Program-made: the position numbers and the translations under genes
Assembly (NCBI RefSeq): GCF_001194135.2
Contig: NC_068991.1
Coordinates: 9,471,929 to 9,535,928, forward strand
Direction: 5' to 3'
Length of the DNA: 64,000 bases
Source of the DNA: Octopus bimaculoides
Taxonomy: Eukaryota
In this document: piece after piece, positions 24,194-36,175 of the stretch
Position numbering within the stretch: the stretch's first letter is position 1
Layout: each line of letters starts with the position of its first letter
Notes under the pieces: generated by a model
What the model saw: the letters and a program-made list of their open reading frames with translations, nothing else
Databases searched by the model: none
Told to the model about the DNA's origin: nothing

Positions 24194-27100
24194 GTAAGTA
24201 ATCTGTTTTACTACTGTTTGTTATTGAATTCTTTCATTATTGAATATAACCTCCTTAACAAGTCAAATCTTTATTCTAATTCTTTATTAAATTGTCAGTT
24301 GTTTAATGGTAGTTTTCTTCAGTAATTTCATTAATTAATGCTACATTTTAGCAGATCTTTCATCATTCTGCTCTTGGTTTCTGCTGAGACATTAGTGACA
24401 AAAAGGTTACAGATTCTGTTATTGAGGTTATAAAGGCTGAGCATAGCAATTTAGGAATATCTTGATTTTTAAAAGTTGCCAGATGTTTTGTCTACAAAGT
24501 TTATAAGGAGTCAGGGACTGAAGATGGAAATGTATCAACAGTATCAAAGCATAAAATGCATTCTAAGCACTCTGAACTCATCAGAACACTTGAATTTATC
24601 CAGCAAGTTCAACAGACCATTGATTACAATCCCAGAAAGTCCATGAAGTCAATTGCAAAAGATCTCCATGTGTCAGAAGGAACAGTCAGAAATGTCCACA
24701 AAGACATCAGTTATGTCTTATATGATGAGGAAAGGTCAATTTGTCAGAAAAAGTAAAAGAAAACCACTACATCAGATCTAAAAGACTCTTAAACAAACTG
24801 AAAAATCTGCACTATCACACATGGCTCTAGTAACACAGGATGGATGAAACTTTTCATGATCACATAATCCCTAACATTTGGCCTCCTAATTCCCCAGATC
24901 TCAATCCATTGGACTACTATATGTGGAGCATTGAGCATTGTTGAGAGAGAGGTCAATGAACGTGCTCGTAACACCAAAGATTCTATGAAAGCTGCCATAG
25001 TCAGAGTAATGTCCAAAATGAACCAGGACCACTTGATTCGAGCATGGAGATGATTTAGAAGCAGTTGTTGAAGCTGAAGGTGGCTTTATTGGATAACATT
25101 ATAGTAAAGAAGGTTTATTTTTATCCTCGTAGCATTTTTTGTTATAGCTGTTTTTTTATGAACATAAATCTGTCCTCAAATATCTTATGCACACTGTATA
25201 GCTGACCAAATCATTAAGATTTCAGCCTTCAAGCTAATTAAGAAACTTGCCAGTTCACATAACTATAAATACCTAAATGAAGGAGTTCAGTCAATGACTA
25301 TAAGCAGTAGTCACCTGTATGATTGATAACTTTTAACTTGCTGTGCTGGGTTCACATTCACCCAGGATACTACAGTTGGCAGCAAGAAAACCTGAATTTT
25401 GCATTCAACAGAATTGCTAAGCATTAACATTACCCACAGTCAACCTTTTCTGATAACCAACCAGTTCTTTAGTATTTTCCACATTCACATTATGTAGCCT
25501 GGGGTTCAAACTTCTGCTAAAAATATTTGTGTATCATTGTTGAAACTAGGATTTTACATTTGTGCGATTTTTAAAACAATTTTAAAACCATCTTGACTAT
25601 AGATATTAAAATATCTGTTCAATGTATTTTCTATTTTCAGTGTCCACTATGTATGGATCCTCTGGAAATAGATGATAAAAATTTCTTCCCTTGTACATGT
25701 GGTTATCAGGTAAGTAAACTTTGCTTTTTGGGTTATTTTATAGAGAAGATAATAAATGAAGGGAGAAGTATGATAGAATAATTCAGAAATCTCACCAGTT
25801 TAAATTTTCATTAAGTAAATGATTTTGTTGTCTGTTCCAACAATTTTAGATTACCCCACCTCCCTTCTGTGAATATAGATGAATATACAGTATGTAGAGT
25901 GATTCAACTTTACTTTTTTTTCTCTCATTCATTTAATAGTGAACATTAATCTAGTCTAAAATGTCCAAGTCAGTAACTGCTGTGTTTGTTGTGCTGTATT
26001 TGAAAGCAACTTAAAGTCGAAGTATATATCAAAGTTCATTGAATATGTTATCACTGGCACAGATAGTAGGTTTCAAGGCCCCATTGCTGTTAGGGGTCAG
26101 TTGAATATCAGTACTAGAGGTAAGGTCAATGTCACCAAGTAACTATCTCAAGGAGCTAGTAACAACACATGGTAAAGAAATTGATAAAAGATTGGTCACT
26201 ATCAAAATCTACTTAAGTGAGTGTATTTTTTTTTCTATGCAATAAGGCAACGTAACTAGAGAATCAAGATGCATTTGTTTCTATAACCTCTGTATTGTAC
26301 TCCTGGTGTAAGTAACTGTAGGGAAGACATGTGACTTGGGAGCCACACCCCCGCTATCCTCTCAACATGTAAATGTTCAAATTTCTAAAAGTCTTACTTA
26401 TGTAGAAAAACGCATGGAACATAAAGAGTAAAAGTCATCATTATTTAATGTCAGCATTTCCTTGCTTCAGATGAAATTTATTGAATCAGATTTTCTATGG
26501 CAGGATGCCCTTCTTGTCATCAACTCTCACCTGTTTCCAAGCAAGGTGATATTTCCCCATGGCCAGACCTCTTTTTCACAGGAGACTGGACATGATCAAC
26601 ATTCATTTGTATGATGGTGATGCTCATTACAACCATCGTGTGATGGTTAGACAAGGGGACACACACACAACAGGCTTTTCTCAGTTTCTGTTTACCAGAT
26701 TCACTCACAAGGCTTTGGTCACCCCATGGCTATAGTAGAAGACACTTGCCCAAGGTACTCCACAGTGAGACTGAACCAAAGATCATATGGTTGGGAAGCA
26801 AGCTTCTCAATCACACAGCCACACCTGTAAAACAGAAAAAGAAACTTAGTCCAATTAGTGTTTTTTTTTTTTATGTGCATTTGTCACTGATCAGTTAACC
26901 TTTTTCCTTTTACTTGTATATTTTGTCAGAGACATCTAAGAAATAAGTATCTAAAATGATTATCAAACAATATTGCACAGTTTTGATTTATTTCTTTCGA
27001 AACATTTAATGATGTTAATACTAACTATATTTTGGATTTGAATTTTTGTGCTGAGGTCGATGATCATGCTTTGAGCAAGTGAGACATTGACATCACATAT

Positions 27101-30100
27101 CAAGACAAGTGGCGAAACATGTTAAGCTGTGACCTTTTGTGCATCAACTTATTTCACTCCCACACCTTTTTAGCCTCTTGTTGAGCTATTCAGCTGTTGT
27201 TACAACTTTCTGCCATCAACTACATACGATAACATTGTTCCATTACCTCAACAATGTGTTGCTACTGCACACTGTGGTCTACAAGGAAACAGAACAGTCC
27301 ATTCCGTAGAAAAGTTATTTTTTAGTCACTAACTAGTACAATGATGTGTGAATTTGACCTAAAATCTAATCTTGAGTCAGCTCTTAAATATTATTATAAG
27401 CTTTCAGTAAAGTATGTTACAGGAGTGCTATTCAGAAGCACAACTTTCTGAAGGCAATTTGCCAAACTTACTATGAACCAGTTTGTATGTGTTGACTTCT
27501 GAGTTTTGAGACAAAGAAACTTTATTTGTATGATTAATTTATTTTTGGAACAACTTAAAGCTATAGGCTAACTTAGCATGCAGAAGGAAGTTGTCAGAAC
27601 CATTTAGATCACTGGTCTCTGCACTTTCCCATGACCTTATGATCTAGCTTGGAGATAGACCATTATTACTATTCCAGCATAGAATTAATTTACTTGGTTG
27701 TGTAATCATCTTTAGACTATCACATCAACTATTGATGGACTAGATGTTAGAAACATCTATTTGATTCACCATCATTGTTTGGTAGTAGAGCTGGTCATAT
27801 CTGCTTAAGCACATCTCTGGCATGGACAATTTATTTGATTAGCATTTCATGAGTGGCTATCCTGTCTTCATTGGGAGGCATGTTCTGATAAGGTTTTAAA
27901 AATGTTTTAATCTTGATTAAAATGTAGTACAGAAATTTGGTAACTACACTGTTAGGATCAAGTGACTTACTGCCAATTGGTTCAGTGGTTATCGACATGA
28001 AATTTGCCAGGTCTACTGTCATTTGGTACACCTACGCAGTTGTTTCAATTCTTTACAACCAGGATCACCTTAACTTATGCTTTCTGTGTAATCAGTTTAA
28101 AGACGTTTTAGGCTTTAAGGTAAATACGAGATGACTGGAAAAATTGCCTTTCGTGATAATAAAGGATGAGCACTTTCATTAACAAAAGTAACATTGGCAC
28201 TATACGTCTATCAGGCTTCTGAGAGAAAGGTGGTGAGGGCACAACATACTAACTCTAGCAGTGCTTGAACTTATGACCTTAGTCAGCCTCCACCTTAGCT
28301 TCAAGGCTTATTACCAAAATGGAAATTATTCTATAAATATAGAACCTGTAAACTACGAAACGCAGATGGACCCAAAGAAGACCTGGAGTAGGGAGTGCAT
28401 GTCATTGAGGTTTGCAAACCTAACTGATTGATTGGTTAAAGCGTTAATGAATTGGCTAATAATAATAATAATAAGTGAAATAGAACCAGTGCATATGTTT
28501 ATTATTGGCATAATGACCCACCCAAGATACAGCGAAATTATTCTAATTTTCATATCCAGTATTCTAAATTATTTTTCTATATTTCTTTATTCACATTTAG
28601 ATATTTATCTCAGATTTCCTACTATGATTTTGCTTAATCACAGTTTCCCAGTGTGACTTGTACTTAATCCTGTTGTTTCATTTATTAGTAATTTAACTTC
28701 TTTTGTATCTTTTATACTTTTGCACACACCAGAATTCTTTGTTCATTGTACTCATAAATATATCTCTTGGCATTCAACCATTATGTCTATGTATTTGGTT
28801 ATGTCAAAGCTATTTCTGGTTGACTTGGCTGGCTAGCTGACTTGTTATTGCTGCTAGTGTTGTAGTGGTGGTTGTTGTTGTTAATGAGGATTCTAACTAG
28901 TAGCTGCTTACAACAGCTAACTGCATGTCTTGCATGCCATTACAGTAGGGGACTTTTAAGAAACATTTTTGTTGTTTTTTGTTTTTAAACTAGGAAAACA
29001 AATTTTGTCATATGAATGGCTTAACTACAAATGTCTTGTAACTTTACACATCATTCTTACTACATGTTATTCGAGAAGACATAGCAGGTGCAAATATTGA
29101 TTTCTTAAGTTGCGAGGCCTTAGGTTTATATAGGCAGAAATAAGATCAGGACATTCATCCTGTTGTCAAGGGCATTAGTAACAACATAAGATGAAGTTGA
29201 GTAGTTGTAGATGTAAGTCAAAATGGATCACATTTGGCTTGCTGGTTATTTAGCTTTACTCCAAGACACCCACAAATTGCTATAAATATTGAATATGAAC
29301 CAAATAATTTTTTTTTATTTCTTTTTCCCCCTCTGATAATATAAATTAAATGAGTTTCTAAACTTCTCTACTCCTATTATTGAGTTCTTAGTATTTAATC
29401 AAAGTTTTTACTTTTAACATCAGTTAATGCACTTACTTAAGCCCTTTGACCTTCAAAAAAAGCTGCTGGCCTTGTGCCAAAATTTTGAAACTGATACAAT
29501 AGTAACTTAATGTGCAGGTATGGTGGCTTAATAAGTTCACTTTCAAGCTACAGGGTTTTCAACTCATTCCCACTGTGTGCCACTCTGGACATGTGCCTTC
29601 TACTGTCGCCCATGGTCAACCAGTGCTTTGTGGATGTACTTGGTAGATAAAAACTGCCTGCAAGCGTATTTTTCTCTCTCAATGCTTGACAACTGGTGTT
29701 AGTTTGTTTATATCCTCATAACTTAGTGGTTCAATAAGAGATGACTCATAAAGTGCCAGGTTTAAAATATGTACTGAAGTTGATCAACAAAACTCTTCAA
29801 GGTTGCCCCAGTATAACCACAGTCCATAACAAACCACTAAAAGAACAAAGCAAATATAACAGATTTCAAGACAGCCATTATTTTTAAAATAAGATTTTAA
29901 AAATTTGCTGATGGATTGTAGGTATCTCTTCTATTCTTTTACCTGTTTCAGCCATTGGACTGTGGCCATGCTGGAGCTCTACACAGAAAAGTTTTTAGTG
30001 GTACAAATTGATCTCCAGTTCTTTTTTTTTTAAGCCTGGTACTTATTCTGTCAGTCTCTATTGTTGAACCCACTAAATTACAGTTAAACAAATGGATACC

Positions 30101-30471
30101 AGTTGTCAGGCAGTGAAGGGGTAGAACACACACACACAAGTTTTCCAAATTCACTCTCAGAGCATTGTTTAGCCTGGGGTTATAGTAGATGCTTACCCAA
30201 GGTGCCATGCAGCAGGCCTGAATCTGAAACTATGGTTGCAAAGCAAGCTTCTTAAAATTGCACAGCTAAGCCTGCATTTAAAAAGAAAGAAAAAAAAAAA
30301 AGCAAAAGACAAAAGTGCACTCACTTAGGCAGTTTGAACCTGCAACGCTCGGATTACTCTCTAACTCATAAGTCTGACGCTCTTTCAACTGAGCAATTTT
30401 AGTGGTAGAACTAGAATAACTGAAACTGTAGTCAACATGGTCGAGAAAGAATGGTTTAGTGTTAGTTAGGA

Positions 30472-30505
<34 letters not shown>

Positions 30506-33500
30506 NNNNNNNNNNCTTATTTTTGCCTACCAGCCAGATTGACATTTGAAAAGGACATACTACAAGTTAAAAATTGGAAAAATGTTTAATAGTTTTAAAA
30601 GGGCTAGTCTTTGTTGATCTAAAATATCATCTGGAATGTTTTTCAATTAAAAAAAAAAAGCAGTTTGTGGCTAGTTTAAGTAAAGAAGGGTAGCATCTGT
30701 GACCTTTTCCCAGAGTTGCTGGTACTGGTAGGAGGGAAGGAACAAGTTATCTTCAGACCAAAGAACTGACCCCCCCCCCTCCCAAATCTTTACAAAAGAG
30801 TGGGCTTCACTAACGGTGCCTAAGAGCTACTTAGTGGTGTTAAAGCAGGCAACGGATTAAGCCTACCTTTTGTAACTAGTTGCTCCAGACTCCCACATAG
30901 TTTGTGTTTGCTGAAATGTCACTCTCAAAGCTTGGTTGAAACCATAGGGAAAGGATGATTTAAACTCAATTGCAATGTGATCAAACTGAAAAACCTGTAG
31001 TTGCAAAGTTAACTTCTTAACCACACAGCCGTTTCTGCACCCATATACTCCAGAGAAAAGATCTCCAATATTAATTTCCTACATTGGAACAAGATCAGGA
31101 ATTTGTAGGGAAAGAATATTAATCAATTGAATTAACCATCACCCCCACCCACCTGGTGCATTACTAATTCTCATTTCATCAGCAAAGAGAGATAAAAAAT
31201 GGCTAGCCCCAGCAAGACTTGATTTTGAGATGTAATTAAATATTATAAAGCATATTATCTGCTATTTGACCATTTCTGCTCCCCATTATTTTCATATTGA
31301 TAAAATAATTCGAACGAAGCAAATTCTGGTCCATAGTTATTTACACAGTTCCAATATTTTTTAATTTGTTAGTGTTGAAACACTCCTTGCAGCCAATGAA
31401 ACCAACTTTGTTGATATCCTCAAAGGATATACTGGAGTTGTTTTTATTTTACTGTTTTACATCCATTTATCTTTTTTTCTGACTGGCAATCAATCTTATC
31501 AATCTCACCCAATCCCATTGAGGTGGACTAATCCCATTGAAGTCAACTTTGTCTTTCACACTTCTGGGATTGGTTAAGTACCTGTCTAGGATTTTGCACT
31601 GGTGAAATGATTAATGCATTGGCTGGGATGCTTTGCAGTATATGTTCTGGCTCTTTACAGTCTAAGTTCAAATCCCACAGTGGCCTACTTAGGTGGGTGA
31701 CTTAATCTAGTCCATGGTTTAGCACCCCCACCCCCACCACCTATATTGTCCAGTGGAATTGACTCTGTTGCAAGCATTCAGGCCTGGTCTTCACTTAAAT
31801 AGCCCCATTTGAGCGTGATCGTTACCAGTGTCGCCTTACTGGCACTTGTGCCGGTGGCACGTTAGAAAATCATTCGAGGGAGGTTGTTGCTAGTGCCGCT
31901 GGACTGGCTCCTGTGCAGGTGGCATGTTAAAAACACTATTTTGAGCGTGGCTGTTGCCAGTACCGTGTGACTGGCCCTCACGCCGGTGGTACATAAAAGC
32001 ACCCACTACACTCTTGGAGTGGTTGGCGTTAGGAAGGGCACCCAGCTGTAGAAACTCTGCCAGATCAGATTGGTGCCTGGTGCAGCCATCCGGTTCACCA
32101 GNNNNNNNNNNNNNNNNNNNNNNNNNNNNNNNNNNNNNNNNNNNNNNNNNNNNNNNNNNNNNNNNNNNNNNNNNNNNNNNNNNNNNNNNNNNNNNNNNNN
32201 NNNNNNNNNNNNNNNNNNNNNNNNNNNNNNNNNNNNNNNNNNNNNNNNNNNNNNNNNNNNNNNNNNNNNNNNNNNNNNNNNNNNNNNNNNNNNNAATTAA
32301 TGCATTATAATAGAACTAAAATGAAAACAAAATATCTCCTGCTGTTGAATCATCCTCACATTCTATTTCTCATTTGAAAAACCTCCTACTTCAGCATTAT
32401 TCCTCTTAATGGCAGTGAACAAACATATGAGTAAATACGAACTATTGTTATTGTTGAGTATTTAATTAAATCCATTTGCATTTTCAGTTTAAATTTCACT
32501 GGAGCCGACTTTGCTTTTTTTTTTTTTTAAATTTTTTTTTTTAATAAATTATAAATTCAGTAAAATAATTATCAGTCAAGTGTTGGCATTGATTTAATCT
32601 GCTGTTCTCTGTCCCAATATCTATGACCTTGGGCTGTAGATGGCAACCAACAATTTGTGAGACTAAACACCTCCATTACTTCAATGGCCTCTGCTCCTCA
32701 GAATTAGCTATTTGCATATTAGCATCTGACTCATTTATTTCTCTTCCTTGCTACCAGTTCTGTTTTTTTTCTCCTGCCAGTATTGTCACCAATCAAAGGC
32801 GGTGAGCTGGCAGAATCGTTAGCACGCCGGGCGAAATGCTTAGCAGTATTTTGTCTCTCTACATTCTGAGTTCAAATTCCGCCGAGGTCAACTTTGCCTT
32901 TCATCCTTTCGGGGTCGATAAATTAAGTACCAGTTGCATACTGGAGTCGATCTAATCAACTGGCTCCCTCCCCCAAAACTTTGGGCCTTGTGCCTAGAGT
33001 TGAAAAGAATATATGCACCAATCACTACCTTATACTTTTTTTAGTCCTTGTACTATGCATGGCCATGTTGGGGCACCACCTTCAAGGGTTTAGTCAAACT
33101 CCCCTCCCCCTCAATACTTAAAAAAAAAAAATTCTGGTACTTATTCTCAATCTCTTTAGTCAGACTACTAAATTACAGGGTCGTAAACAACCCAACACCA
33201 GTTGTCAAGTGGTGGGGTACAAAGACCTGCATGCATGCACACAGCTTCTGTTTACTAAATTCCTTCACAAGGCATTGGTTGATCCGGGATTATAGCAAAA
33301 GACACTTGCCCAAGATGCTGCACTGAGGGACTGAACCTGAAACCATGTGGTTGCAAAGCAAACTTCTTAACCACACAGCCATGCCTTTCCAATCTTACCT
33401 CTGTGTTTTTTTTCCTCCTCTTTAGGCGTCAACTTGGAGCTATCTGGTCTCATACATTCCTTCTACACAGGAATTCCCATCCCTCTCATCTCTGCTCCTC

Positions 33501-35592
33501 CTCATCACCCTTGTTGTGTTCCAACACCCCAAGCCCTGAATTGCTCACTAAATTCAGTCTTTCTTTCTCAGAATTTGGTACCTTGGAATTCTCTCCTTGC
33601 TCATATTCTTGCATGTGTTGGCTTACAAAGGTTCAGCAGGAAAAATGAACGGCATTAATATCACCAGTTTAGTAGAGTCTTGCAAAGATCATAGATGCTG
33701 TCCCTCCTGTCTGACCCTGCAAGTTATGGAAGAAGATTTTGGACAAAGTGTTTAGTACAGCCTGGGTGAAGGAAAGCTGCAGATAGTGATGGAAGAATAC
33801 ATTGAATAAAGCTCAGATAGAGATGGAGTTATTAGTTCAGTCTGAGAACCAGAAGCCAATGCTATCATTTCATTTAACATATTAAGATGGCAATTGGTAT
33901 ATGTTTTATTCAGACATATTTAGTAGGACTGTAGGTCCTTTATACTAGAGTAATACCACTGAGATTATAAGCAGTGTGTTATTATTATTATTATTATTAT
34001 TATAAAAAATCCCTTCCATTCTCAATAGAATCACTTCAGTGTAGAAACTGTTGATGTAGGAGTTGGTCTTATATAAATTTCATTTAGCTATAGGTCGCTG
34101 TCAAAATGAATTTAGCCTATTTTTGGTTGACTAGTTAGCTGAAAGATACAAATCTGATATTTCTTGGTCAGTTGGAATGGTTAACAACATTTTTTTTTAA
34201 TGCTTCACCATTAAAAAATATTGATTTTACTAGCAATTCATAGTTAATGATATGCCTAGAGGGAAATTTATGAACGTCAAGGTATGTATTGCAAACAAAT
34301 CACCCAACCAGTTCATGTAGTAATATAAATTACTACATGAAACTTTTCACTTAAGGCTTTTATATTTTTGTCATTAAATTTCTATACAGTGATTGAATAT
34401 TTAAATGCCTTTATCTTTCGTTTTCTTTTACAGATATGCAGATTTTGTTGGCATAGAATAAGAACAGATGAAAATGGGTTGTGTCCTGCATGTAGGAAGG
34501 TATGTTGCTCTCTTTCTCTCTGTAAAACTAAACTGTCATTAGCAGTGTTCACCTAATCATTGATTTACTTGATTTCCTTGCTGCTACTACTTTGGTTAAA
34601 GACAGCAATAAATTGATTGTGACCAGTGCCAGACAAGTGTCAACTCTGACCAATTAATTACTTTGGCACTTAGTGATAAAGTCCTCTACTACGTTCTATA
34701 TTGGAAGGTTGTTGACTCTTATTTATTTCTAACATTCTATTAGCTGTTAACAACCTGAGTATAATCATTGAAACAACCTGGTTTCATTGAGTCTTGTTTC
34801 AAAAACAAATTCTTTGTTATTTCTAGTCCAGTTTCTTTGCTGCTTTGACATTATTTATGAGGCTAAATGAGTTCTTTAATCCTTTAGCATTTAAACCGGC
34901 CATATCCAGCTTAAATATTCTACATGTGTTACATTCAAGCCAGCTATGTCTTGCCTATCAAACCTAAGAGGTGAGTGGGTTAGGGTATTGGACTCATAAT
35001 TGTAAGATTGTGGTTTCGATTCCTGGACCAGATGACGCATTGTCTTTGAGTAAAAAAACTTCATTTCACGTTGCTCCAGTACACTCAGCTGGCAAAAATG
35101 AGTAATCCTGTGGTGGACCAGGCACATCAGTGTATCTCTGGGTAAGGGGACTTAATTTTATATCTATCTATCGCGGGTGTTATGTTCCAAAACCCCCGCA
35201 GTAGCTGAAAATCCACAAAGTAGAAACAGTCCGCTTTCCATGATGGCATGGGTTGGACGGTTTGACTGAGGACTAGCGAGCCAGATGGCTGCACCTGGCT
35301 CCAATCTGATCTGGCAAGGTTTCTCCAGCTGGATGCCCTTCCTAATGCCAACCACTCCAAGAGTGTAGTGGGTGTTTTTTACGTGCCACTGGCACAAGGG
35401 CCAGTCAGGAGGTACTGGCAACGGCCACGCTCAAATGGTGTTTTTTACGTGCCACCACGGCACTGACAACGGCCTCGCTCGAATGTTGTTCACATGCCAC
35501 TATAAATGCAGAACAACACCACAGAGGAATTGACATAAGTTTAGATAATAAACCATGATAGGTGAACCGTGATATGGCAAGCAAGGGATTAC

Positions 35593-35634
<42 letters not shown>

Positions 35635-36130
35635 AGAAGAAGGGCAGGGAATCGTCAATTAGTAATAGAATTAATAATTAACAATTTTGCCAAGTAGTTC
35701 AGTATGAAAAAAACCTTTATCGGTAAAATCATTTATCATCGTAANNNNNNNNNNNNNNNNNNNNNNNNNNNNNNNNNNNNNNNNNNNNNNNNNNNNNNNN
35801 NNNNNNNNNNNNNNNNNNNNNNNNNNNNNNNNNNNNNNNNNNNNNNNNNNNNNNNNNNNNNNNNNNNNNNNNNNNNNNNNNNNNNNNNNNNNNNNNNNNN
35901 NNNNNNNNNNNNNNNNNNNNNNNNNNNNNNNNNNNNNNNNNNNNNNNNNNNNNNNNNNNNNNNNNNNNNNNNNNNNNNNNNNTTTATGTAATTGACTAGC
36001 GCTTAGTCCAGGGAAAGATTTCCTTCACCTCAGCTTTAAAGAAATTAGATTAATGTTATGGACTCTTTAAATGCTTACTGTTTTGATTTTCTGATTTTCT
36101 TTCTCTCTTTAATGTGTGTGTGTGTGTGTG

Positions 36131-36175
<45 letters not shown>

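Noticed and set aside
27050-27130. CGAAACATGTTA hammerhead stem III-like signature
   Set aside because: No CUGANGA block or stem II upstream
35640-36060. Sequence flanking the gap that may be another Penelope-like terminal repeat
   Set aside because: The diagnostic part would lie in the N gap; cannot be supported
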